This document shows, in pieces, positions 8,114 through 16,449 of a stretch of 32,000 bases of DNA. Position 1 is the first letter of the stretch, and every line of letters starts with the position of its first letter. The DNA comes from Okeania sp. (GTDB lineage: Bacteria; Cyanobacteriota; Cyanobacteriia; Cyanobacteriales; Microcoleaceae), in NCBI RefSeq assembly GCF_035285525.1, contig NZ_JAYKGW010000174.1:7110-39109 (forward strand), in the 5' to 3' direction. The notes beneath the pieces are model-generated. The model was not told the origin of the DNA. It saw only the letters and a program-made list of their open reading frames with translations, and did no database searches. Both the position numbers and the translations under genes were made by a program.

Positions 8114-8610
8114 AGGGAAGAGAAAAAAGTATTTTGGTAAATATAGCAATTTTCAACTTAGATGTAAATCTATATGGAATTTTTTCTCAGAGAAATTCTG
8201 GTTTTGATTTCCTATTAATTCTTCTGGAAAGCTAATATTTAATGTTGTTTTTCCTTCTTGAATATTCCCTTTTCCTTCCATACCTATTCCCTTTTTTTTT
8301 AGGTTTAGGGAAGAGAAAAAAGTATTTTGGCAAATATAGCAATTTTCAACTTAGATGTAAATCTATATGGAATTTTTTCTCAGAGAAATTCTGGTTTTGA
8401 TTTCCTATTAATTCTTCTGGAAAGCTAGTATTCAATGCTGTTTTTCCTTCTTGACTATTCCCAGTTAAGTGTTTCCTATTCCCTTTTTTATAGATGGAAT
8501 TTTTTCTCAGAGAAATTCTGGTTTTGATTATCCACTAATTCTGATGGCAAGCTAATATTTAATTCTGTTTTGCCTTCTTTATTATTCCGTGTTCTCTGTT
8601 CCCTAAAAGC
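8114..8610 (+). repeat. Tandem repeat with 193-bp period, about 2.6 units (third unit lacks its first ~66 bp)
   Basis: AGGGAAGAGAAAAAAGTATTTTGG starts at 8114 and 8307. TATATGGAATTTTTTCTCAGAGAAATTCTGGTTTTGATT occurs at 8171 and 8364, and as TAGATGG... at 8491. An inverted partial relative lies at about 12100-12250. Confidence 0.85.
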
Positions 8611-8832
8611 AACCAATTTTTTTGCATAAATCAAACAGGATTGCTAGACTAACTTAAATTAAACAATTTAAAATTTCCATAAGTTTAACTAAAATGATAC
8701 AAACTATAACTAAATTTCATCAAAATTTTCAACAGTTACAACCAAGAATTGGTATTGGAGTTCCTTCAGAAAAAGGTTGGGTTTCTACCATAAATGAACA
8801 CCTAATTATTATTGTAGGTTTAACCGGAGTAG

Positions 8833-8996
8833 TTCATTAATGCATAATGGATAATTACCTCTCCCTAAAAGTGAGAAGATTGACGCTTAAAGGAAAAGAT
8901 TTATTTTTTCCCCTATCCAAGGGTAGGCTTCAAGGCGCGAATTATTTAATTATTTAATTATTTAATTATTTAATTGTTTAATTATTAATTATTTCG
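8833..8996. mobile_element. MITE-like element, family A' (TTCATTAATSSATAATGGATAATTACCTCTC ... GGCTTCAAGGSGCGAATTATTTAATT tail), inside the Walker A codons
   Basis: Excision joins GGA GTA G + GT AAA ACG to give GLTGVGKTT in frame. Sister copies at 13433-13552 (+tail 13791-13835) and inverted at 21395-21537. Confidence 0.75.
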
Positions 8997-9241
8997 GTAA
9001 AACGACAATAATTAATACATTAACTCAATCAGGATTAAATTTTACCTTACTTCCAAACCAACGTACTCTCACAACAGAATTAATTATTCCTTATATTGCA
9101 AGTCTAAACTGAAAAAAACTGAAACAATTTTTCGTCTAGAACGGTTTAAATATACTCATCAATATCAAAAACAATTTCCTGGAGAAATGGGTCATATTTT
9201 AACTCAATTACAAGTTAATTATCATACAATTATAGCCATGC

Positions 9242-9382
9242 ATGAGGATGGTGAGGTACACTTAACACCTACTACAGTTCAGCCTTCGTTTCCTGTAACA
9301 AGCACCGAAGGTTGTGTTACTAACTAAAATTACTAAATAAAATTTTGTACCTCACGCGCGGGCGTGAAATTGCTGTAATTAT
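9242..9382. mobile_element. MITE-like element, family D, inside the P-loop pseudogene
   Basis: Matches 4004-4175 at both ends. Confidence 0.55.
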
Positions 9383-9481
9383 CCACTAATTTTCGATGAT
9401 TTAAGAGGTGAAAATGAAGTTACTTATGCTGCTAAAACTTTAAAAAAAGCAAAATTTGTTATTTTTGATGCTCCATTATTC

Positions 9482-9664
9482 TAAGCATTCAGCCGTCAGC
9501 TATCAGAAGAGTGCTTCTAGTTTTTGATAGAAGCCTTATTATTTATTATTCATAAATTTAATTTAACTATAAAAGCCAGTTTTCACTTTCTTTATTCCTT
9601 TAAATATCCTCCTTAAATTTGAGGTTTTTGTTGCTGACGGCTGACAGCTAATAGCTGAATTATT
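9482..9664. mobile_element. MITE-like element, family C (TAAGCATTCAGCCGTCAGCTATCAG ... CTGACGGCTGACAGCTAATAGCTGAAT termini)
   Basis: Long terminal inverted repeats read directly. The element supplies the TAA that ends the DAPLF fragment. Relatives at 12593-12780, 14060-14100, 15120-15450, 16185-16240, 21150-21360, 26470-26530, 26915-27010 and 27290-28034. Confidence 0.65.
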
Positions 9665-10323
9665 ACCCATTATCAGTACGTTTAAAACGACTTTTGACTC
9701 TAAATGATGCTTTCGATAAAATCATAAAATCTTCAGAAGATGTAGAAGTTGACACACCAAAAAAATCTGAATTTTTCTGCTTTAGGTATACCTGAAGATT
9801 CTAGTTTCTTTACCTTTGCTGAAGCACAATAAATTTTCACTGGAATTAAAACAGGAATCTACCAAGATACGCAAGTTAATCAAAAACTAAAAATATTCCT
9901 TGAAGATAGTATAAATTACAATTCGGAGACCACAAAAATAGCTTTACAGGCGATCGCTCCATAACGAACTTTAGTTTTATAGACTACTAAGTTGACACCT
10001 CAACAACTAGCTCAAAAAGTTACTAAATATACTTTTTTTAGGGAACAGGGAACAGGTCAGAGTTTCAAAAGTTTTATTTACTTTTTGATTTTTCACAATC
10101 TATTTAGGATTGCTATAGTCTTTAGAGGATTAGTTTCTCAACTCTTACTAAGAAATAGCATAGAACGGCTTTAAGTAGGGCAAGCGGGATGGAAATCTAA
10201 AAAATTTGACATATAAAGCCTTTTTAGGTGCGGAAAAAGTCCAACTTTTTGGGTAGCTCTGGTACGGTTCCCGAAAAATCAAAAAGCTCGTATTTTGGGG
10301 AAGAGTTGGGTAACAGAATTACT

Positions 10324-10373
10324 CCCCATCGCCCTATCACCCCATCACCCCATCACCCCATCTCCCCATCTCC
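10324..10373 (+). repeat. Octamer tandem array CCCCATCA/CCCCATCT, about 5-6 units
   Basis: Read directly from the sequence. Confidence 0.85.
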
Positions 10374-10604
10374 TTAAAAATACTTTTGAGCGCCAACCCT
10401 AAGTATTTTTACTTCTTCTTTATTTTTCCTATTTTTGAGTTTTAATTTTTCATTAAAGATTACTTAATTATGAGAATATTTAAAATATCTTAAATTATCT
10501 TAATAGACAGAATTTTAGTAACAATAAATTGTAATTAATCATACTAAAAATAACTCTTATAATATGTTTATATAAAACTATACAATAATAACTCAACTGA
10601 AACA

Positions 10605-11750
10605 ATGTTATTAAGTAAACTAGCGATCGTTGACACTACCCTCCGAGAAGGGGAACAATTTTTTAAGTCCAATTTTTCTACAGGAGATAAAGTTGAAATT
10701 GCTAGAGCGTTAGAGCAATTTGGAGTAGAATATATTGAAGTAACATCTCCAACTGCTTCTCCTCAATCCTATCAAGATTGTAATAACTTAGCTAAATTAG
10801 GTTTACAAACTAAAGTTATCACCCATATTCGGTGTCATCTTGAAGATGCAAAAATAGCTTTAGAAACAGGGGTAGATGGTATTAATCTATTTATGGGTAC
10901 ATCTAAATTTTTACGTCAATTTAGTCATGGTAAAAGTATTGATGAAATCATTGATAAAGCGACAGAAGTTATTACTTTTATTCATCAACAAAATCCCCAA
11001 ATAGAATTGCGCTTTTCTACAGAAGATTCTTTTCGTAGTTCCCTGTCAGATTTACTGGGAGTTTATTCAGCAATTAATCAATTAGGAATAGTACATCGTT
11101 TTGGAGTAGCTGACACTGTAGGTATAGCGACTCCCGACCAAGTTTATCAATTAATTCAACAGATGAGACAATGTTTTTCTGAAGATATAGAATTTCATGC
11201 TCATAATGATACAGGTTGTGCCATTGCTAATAGTTTTAGTGCTTTTCAAGCAGGAGCAACTCATATTGATACAACTGTTTTAGGTATTGGGGAACGTAAT
11301 GGTATTACTCCTTTAGCTGGATTGATTGCTCGTCTTTATACTCTTGATTCAGAAACTTTAAAGCAAAAATATTCTCTATCTTATCTTCATAAATTAAATC
11401 AATTAGTAGCCGAAAAAATCGGGCTTTCTATTCCCTTCAATCATTGTATTGTTGGGGAAGCTGCTTTTAATCATAAAGCAGGAGTTCATACTAAGGCAGT
11501 TCTGAATAATTCTCAAACTTATGAAGCAATAAATCCTAATGATTTTAATTTGAATAGATCGATTTTAATTAATCATAAACTGGCAGGTAAAAATAGTATT
11601 GCACATCGTGCTAATGAACTAGGTCTCAATCTTGAAACTTTTCACATTCAAGCTATTACTCAGAAAATTAAAACTTTGGCAGAGAAAGAGAATATTACTG
11701 TAGACAATGTGGATGAAATTTTATATTCTTACCATCAAAGTATTAGTTAA
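10605..11750 (+). CDS. Homocitrate synthase, LysS/LYS20 (Thermus/fungal) type, DRE-TIM metallolyase family
   Basis: 381 aa. Motifs are IVDTTLREGEQFFKSNFSTGDKVEIARAL, FSTEDSFRS, GVADTVG, EFHAHNDTGCAIANS, HIDTTVLGIGERNGITPL and FNHKAGVH. Confidence 0.8.
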   Translation: MLLSKLAIVDTTLREGEQFFKSNFSTGDKVEIARALEQFGVEYIEVTSPTASPQSYQDCNNLAKLGLQTKVITHIRCHLEDAKIALETGVDGINLFMGTSKFLRQFSHGKSIDEIIDKATEVITFIHQQNPQIELRFSTEDSFRSSLSDLLGVYSAINQLGIVHRFGVADTVGIATPDQVYQLIQQMRQCFSEDIEFHAHNDTGCAIANSFSAFQAGATHIDTTVLGIGERNGITPLAGLIARLYTLDSETLKQKYSLSYLHKLNQLVAEKIGLSIPFNHCIVGEAAFNHKAGVHTKAVLNNSQTYEAINPNDFNLNRSILINHKLAGKNSIAHRANELGLNLETFHIQAITQKIKTLAEKENITVDNVDEILYSYHQSIS

Positions 11751-11935
11751 CAATTAATAATTAATAATCAATAATTAATAATGACCTCTTCTGATAAATA
11801 AGAGGATTTGCAAAAATGATTTTTTTAGTTTAAATCCTTTGACAGTAATAAATTTTTGTCTCAGTTTAAACTAAAATAACTATACCTATTCTTATCAAGA
11901 ATAAGATTGGCTAAAAAGAATTTTTTTCTTTCTAT

Positions 11936-12012
11936 TGGTCGATTGAATATGGCGTTAATAAAGTGGCTCTGCAAGAGCGGAAAACCTTGCCATCTATCGA
12001 CCACTTTTTCTC
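11936..12012 (+). terminator. Unique multi-helix hairpin followed by a T-rich tract; possible HCS 3' terminator or small structured RNA
   Basis: TGGTCGAT (11936-11943) pairs with ATCGACCA (11996-12003). Inner helix ATGGC/GCCAT. Apical hairpin GCTCT-GCAA-GAGC with a GNRA loop. CTTTTTCTC follows. Not repeated elsewhere in the window. Confidence 0.3.
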
Positions 12013-12493
12013 GATAAATGGAAAGATTTTATACCTTAATTTTTCGTTAATTGCTATATAAAATTTTTATTTCAAAATGCAGAAACTGAGTTTTATTAAA
12101 AAGGGAATAGAGATATAGTAAGGAAGAGAAAACAGCATTAAATAATAGATTTCCACAAGAATTAGTCGGTACTCAAGACAATAATTTATATTATAAAAAA
12201 ACTTAATTTAGATTGACATTTCATTTACAAATGTGTCAGTATTTCCTAGGTCATGCTGCGCAAACAGCCGTCAGCTATGAGCTAGTTTCCTGGGGCATAA
12301 CTGTGCTTTTTCCTATAGGAAATGCTACGCAAACATCCCGTGTAGCAAAACAACTTCATTACCTTATAGAGCAATAATATGATATAATTCAAACAAATTC
12401 TTACTTCATTAATTGAAAAGCTCAGATCTGAAAGCTGAATACTAATAGCTAAATACTTACAAAAATGCTATACTATCTTTTAGTAAATTCTGA

Positions 12494-12571
12494 AGGACTT
12501 ACGCAAAGGTACTATATATAAACTACTGCGCAATAGTTTATATCTATATCTAGGGTCGCTGCGTAAGTCCT
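12494..12571. repeat. AGGACTTACGCA ... TGCGTAAGTCCT hairpin element (core type 1)
   Basis: Both 12-nt arms are perfect. Core contains ACTACTGCGCAATAGTT. Confidence 0.75.
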
Positions 12572-12592
12572 GTTCTGTTAATAACTAAAACA

Positions 12593-12780
12593 TAAGCATT
12601 TTCTGCGGAATGCTGCGGAAACAGCAGTCAGCCATCAGCTCATAGCTTCATTACTTTTAGTTGATAACTAGAGCTAGTCGCTATTGTGCTTCAATTCTCT
12701 AATTAAAAATATAATAGTATAAGTTAAGCAAATTTTTGCTTTATTAATTAAAATGCTGATAGCTAATAGCTGAATGCTTA
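12593..12780. mobile_element. MITE-like element, family C
   Basis: TAAGCATTTTCTGCGGAATGCTGCGGAAACAGCAGTCAGCCATCAGC ... GCTGATAGCTAATAGCTGAATGCTTA. Confidence 0.6.
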
Positions 12781-12806
12781 CACTAAAACTAAGGTAGTAA
12801 TTAAAA

Positions 12807-13409
12807 ATGCAAGTAAAAAATGCAGAAACAGAAGTAGAATCTAACTCTAACTTAATGAGGGAAGATTTAGATAAATCCTTAAAAAGGAGTCATATAGAAC
12901 CATCAAGTCTTAGCACTTTTCAAAGGATTTTGTTAACAACAGATGGAACAGTTACAGAAATATTAGAAGCCTACAGTTTAGAAAATATTAATGTCGTAAA
13001 ATTATCAGAAGAATTAGTTTCGACCATCACAGAAATTCCGGTATTAAATTTATCGAAAGGAACTAAAGTAATAGAAAGGAAAATATTTTTGCAAGGAAAA
13101 ATTAGTCGCAAAAATTACCTTTATGCAGAATCAATTATTGTGCCAGAAAGACTTGATGAAAAATTTCAAGATGCTTTACTAAAATCAGAGACTCCCATTG
13201 GTAAACTTTGGCTGCAATATAGAGTTGAAACTTTTAAAGAAATAGTTGATACTGGTAAAGAATCTATAGGTAAATTAGCAGATTATTTTCTAGTAGAAAA
13301 AGAAGACAAAATGTTGTTTAGAACCTATCGCGTTTTTAATAACCGCCAACCTGTGATGATGATTACAGAAAAATTTCCAGAAAAGTTATTTCTTAATTTT
13401 GTAGGATAA
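12807..13409 (+). CDS. Chorismate pyruvate-lyase-like protein (Chor_lyase/DUF98 family)
   Basis: 200 aa. FQRILLTTDGTVTEILEAY is the characteristic N-terminal motif of this family. The size fits. The true start may be an internal Met. Confidence 0.6.
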   Translation: MQVKNAETEVESNSNLMREDLDKSLKRSHIEPSSLSTFQRILLTTDGTVTEILEAYSLENINVVKLSEELVSTITEIPVLNLSKGTKVIERKIFLQGKISRKNYLYAESIIVPERLDEKFQDALLKSETPIGKLWLQYRVETFKEIVDTGKESIGKLADYFLVEKEDKMLFRTYRVFNNRQPVMMITEKFPEKLFLNFVG

Positions 13410-13432
13410 CATGAAAATTGCATAAGCTAAGA

Positions 13433-13835
13433 TTCATTAATCGATAATGGATAATTACCTCTCACTTTTAGGGAGAGGATTCGCTAAAAGGAAAGGATTT
13501 ATTTTTTTCCCCTTAAAAAAAAGGGAGGCTTCAAGGGGCGAATTATTTAATTAGGGTTTGGTGAATTAAGTCTTCTTGTTGGGGTAGGAAGTAGTTAAGA
13601 GTAAGTATTTAGTAGAGTTATAGAAGAATTAGTTGAAAAAATAGTTTCTTAATTTTTCTGTCCTAGTTAATGTAAAATCCTAAGTTTTTCAACCCTCACC
13701 ACCTAAAAACTTGCACTTTTTCCGACCCTAAAAAGACTGAAATCTTTATCCATGAAGACTTTTATATTTAATCAGCAAGCCCTAATTATTTAATTGTTTA
13801 ATTATTAATTATTTCAGTAAGTATTCAGTTATTAG
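13433..13835. mobile_element. Family A' element carrying a nested family B element
   Basis: 13433-13552 matches 8833-8950. The AT-rich tail AATTATTTAATTGTTTAATTATTAATTATTTC resumes at 13791 after the insert. Confidence 0.65.
13553..13790. mobile_element. MITE-like element, family B, nested in the A' tail
   Basis: Termini are AGGGTTTGGTGAATTAAG ... ATTTAATCAGCAAGCCCT. Flanked by AATTATTTAATT on both sides. Confidence 0.65.
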
Positions 13836-14102
13836 CCATCATTTCTTAGCAAGAATATCGTGTCCGGTTGAGTAGTTATCATTAGGAACAAGAGATATTT
13901 ATTCCATCCCTGGTAAGCCCATAAACCCGGTACGAGGGTAGATATTTATTGTCAAGAAAAATGATTTTTTTACCCTAGAAACCTGGTTGATTGGCATCAG
14001 TTATAATAATATTAAGAGCCTGTTTTTTGAATAAGGTTTAACTTTTGCTTTATGAAGTAAAAGCTGATTCCTAATAGCTGAATGCTTAAAGCTTAATACT
14101 TA

Positions 14103-14993
14103 TTAATCTCCTAACCAAGCAGAAAGATCTCTTTGAATCAAATCTTGTAGTTTAAGAATATCTTCACGGTAGAAATCACTTAATATTTTACGCTCCTCTG
14201 AAGAAAGAGGTTTAAGTTCTTTTCCACCTGAATTTAAGTTAATTAAACCAGAGCGTAATTTTTGTCGCATTTCTAAAGGTATTACCACCTTTAAAACAGA
14301 TGAAACTACTCCTCTTATAGGATTTTTAGTTTTGATTAAATTATTTAGAGATTGATTCTTAGGAACTGCGGCAACTTGTTGACGCTTAGAAGTATCTGGA
14401 CTAAAATTACTATCTACTCCAATAAATTGATACATATCCTGCATCATTTCCAAAGCATCTTTAGATAAGTCATCATAGAGATAAATTTTTAGTCTTTCTT
14501 TGCCAAAAGTATCAAAATAATACTTGACTGGAGTAGAGTAAAGTCCTTTTTTAAGAGTGAAAGAAGTATCAGCACGAAATTTAACTTGTTCGGTTAAAGA
14601 ACGAACTTTTTCTACATTTATTGAATCACGAAGGTGCATTAAATAATCAGAATAAGCTCTATCTACTGGATTTCTAAGTATAGCTATCATTTTGACATCA
14701 GGAACATATTTAATAATTCTTTCAGATGAAGATTGGTAATGAAAAAGATAATTTGGAGATACTTCACCAATAGGAATTTCATCCTGAACATCGTTAAAAA
14801 GATTGCAGTATTTTTCCCAAGTATCAATTCTTTTTGGATTTGGTTTCCCTTGAAAATTTTCCCAATCTCTTTCTAGAAAGTTTGTTTCTTTGACGGGACT
14901 CATATAAACTTGGGGATGTTGGTTTAAATATTGATATATTGATGTAGTTCCTGATTTCTCTATTCCGACAACTAAAAAAGTTGGTAACTTCAT
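14103..14993 (-). CDS. PAPS-dependent sulfotransferase
   Basis: 296 aa. 5'-PSB loop is VVGIEKSGTTSI and the 3'-PB motif is ILRNPVDRAYSDY. Confidence 0.85.
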   Translation of the reverse strand: MKLPTFLVVGIEKSGTTSIYQYLNQHPQVYMSPVKETNFLERDWENFQGKPNPKRIDTWEKYCNLFNDVQDEIPIGEVSPNYLFHYQSSSERIIKYVPDVKMIAILRNPVDRAYSDYLMHLRDSINVEKVRSLTEQVKFRADTSFTLKKGLYSTPVKYYFDTFGKERLKIYLYDDLSKDALEMMQDMYQFIGVDSNFSPDTSKRQQVAAVPKNQSLNNLIKTKNPIRGVVSSVLKVVIPLEMRQKLRSGLINLNSGGKELKPLSSEERKILSDFYREDILKLQDLIQRDLSAWLGD

Positions 14994-15534
14994 TATTTTT
15001 CTCCTAATTTATTAAAAAAAGCTTAGACTTAACAAGTAATACTTGTTTGTGTAGCATTCCGAAGTAAATTCTTACCTTAACAATGGATAATTAGAGGTAG
15101 TTTTCATATAAGAATTCAGCCATTAGCTATTAGCTGATCAGCTATTGTTGCTGAATGCTAAAAGCTAGTTAAAAAAGAATTAAATTTTACTACAAATTCC
15201 TTTAGCTTAAAGTCTATATTCATTTAAACCCTATCCTTAAAAGGTAAGCATTTAGCAATTAGCTATCAGCTATTTTTTTGTTTTAGATGTAAATCCGATC
15301 TTTAAGACTATATTTATAAACATTTCTCTTAATATAAAACTTGATAATGGATAGCTTTAAAAATAGAGTCTTGTTGCTGATAGTTAATAGCTGAATATTT
15401 ACCTTAAAACTAACATCTTAATTGCTGAAAGCTGTCTGCTATATAGATGAATGCTTACATTTTCATTATTCATTATTCATGATCCATTATTTATGATCTA
15501 TTATTCATTATCCATTATTCATTATCCATTATTT

Positions 15535-16149
15535 TTAGATTTCCTGAGCTGATTTATTTCTCTCCTGCTTAAGTTTCTTTTCAATTTTTTTGATTAGAGG
15601 TTTTGACTTTAAGAGAAAACCTGTAGGTTCATCATCATTTTCTTCTAGATATAATTCTGAACTTTCAGTTGGAAATTTCTCTGTTTGTTCTTGCATATTC
15701 TTGTATAAATTTAGCAAAATATCTGATTGTGCTAATAGTAAATCATGTAAATTTATCAATCTCAAACTGCCATTAGATAAAACTATAATTAGAGGTTCAT
15801 AAATATACTTTTTCGGCCTATTCAGTGCCGTAATAGCTGCCGCATTAATTTGAAAATTTTCCGAAAGAACTAGAGGAGGAGTGCTGAGAAAATCTAATAA
15901 TTTATAAATAGGACATCTATAATAAAGTTTTTTCTTTTCAGGTAATTTCATATATTCCAGAAATCTAATTTGGGAAATCATACCCAACATTTGGGTACTT
16001 TGAGTAGTAATAATAACTCCCGGTAATTCTGGTTGTAGTCTAAATTGTTTAGCTACTATTTCTCCTAAAGTAGCAGAATTAACTTGGAAATCGTGAGAAG
16101 GCAAGTTTCCAATAGTAGAATTGAGTTTAAGTTGTGTTAGGTTAATCAT
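15535..16149 (-). CDS. Hypothetical protein, possibly a CBS-like small-ligand module; divergent from the histidine kinase
   Basis: 204-aa ORF with ATG start and non-repeat sequence. Pattern ...PGVIITTQSTQMLGMISQIRFLE ... PLIIVLSNGSLRLINLHDLLLAQ resembles two beta-alpha CBS-like halves. Function not recognised. Confidence 0.55.
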   Translation of the reverse strand: MINLTQLKLNSTIGNLPSHDFQVNSATLGEIVAKQFRLQPELPGVIITTQSTQMLGMISQIRFLEYMKLPEKKKLYYRCPIYKLLDFLSTPPLVLSENFQINAAAITALNRPKKYIYEPLIIVLSNGSLRLINLHDLLLAQSDILLNLYKNMQEQTEKFPTESSELYLEENDDEPTGFLLKSKPLIKKIEKKLKQERNKSAQEI

Positions 16150-16449
16150 TAAAATTAATCAGGAACAGGCTGTAAAAAACAGTAAGCATTTCCTGCGGAA
16201 TGCTGCGCAAATAACTATTAGCTATTTGCTCTCAGCAAGAAAAATGAACGATGTAAAATAGACTATCAAGATTAAGTGATGGACCTTTAGCCATACTTTT
16301 AAGTCTGAGAGATATCTATTGCTTTTTCTTCTAATACTTTTGGTATAGCAGTTGTTACCACTGTTAAGACATCCTCCAATTTTCTATAGTTACAGCAAGA
16401 TTTTAACTTTTTAATTCTGACTTCAGCTATACTTTTCCGGAATATTATT

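Larger units (their letters stand above)
8694..9964 (+). pseudogene. P-loop NTPase gene interrupted by three different small elements plus stops and frameshifts
   Basis: MIQTITKFHQNFQQLQPRIGIGVPSEKGWVSTINEHLIIIVGLTGV, then the insert at 8833-8996, then GKTTIINTLTQSGLNF... Later fragments read ETIFRLERFKYTHQYQKQFPGEMGHILTQLQV, LIFDDLRGENEVTYAAKTLKKAKFVIFDAPLF, VRLKRLLTLNDAFDKII and GIKTGIYQDTQVNQKLKIFLEDS. They sit in different frames, separated by elements at 9242-9382 and 9482-9664. Confidence 0.65.

Noticed and set aside
8114-8610. Possible CRISPR array because of regularly spaced repeats
   Set aside because: The period is 193 bp and whole units are repeated with no unique spacers. There is no 25-40-bp repeat/spacer alternation anywhere in the window and no cas genes.
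10531-10568. NtcA-like site GTAATTAATCATAC (GTA-N8-TAC) upstream of the homocitrate synthase gene
   Set aside because: Spacing to the TATAAT at 10558 is only 13 nt, and 18 nt to a TAN3T at 10563, rather than about 22 nt. GTA-N8-TAC is expected by chance in DNA this AT-rich, so it is not supportable without TSS data.
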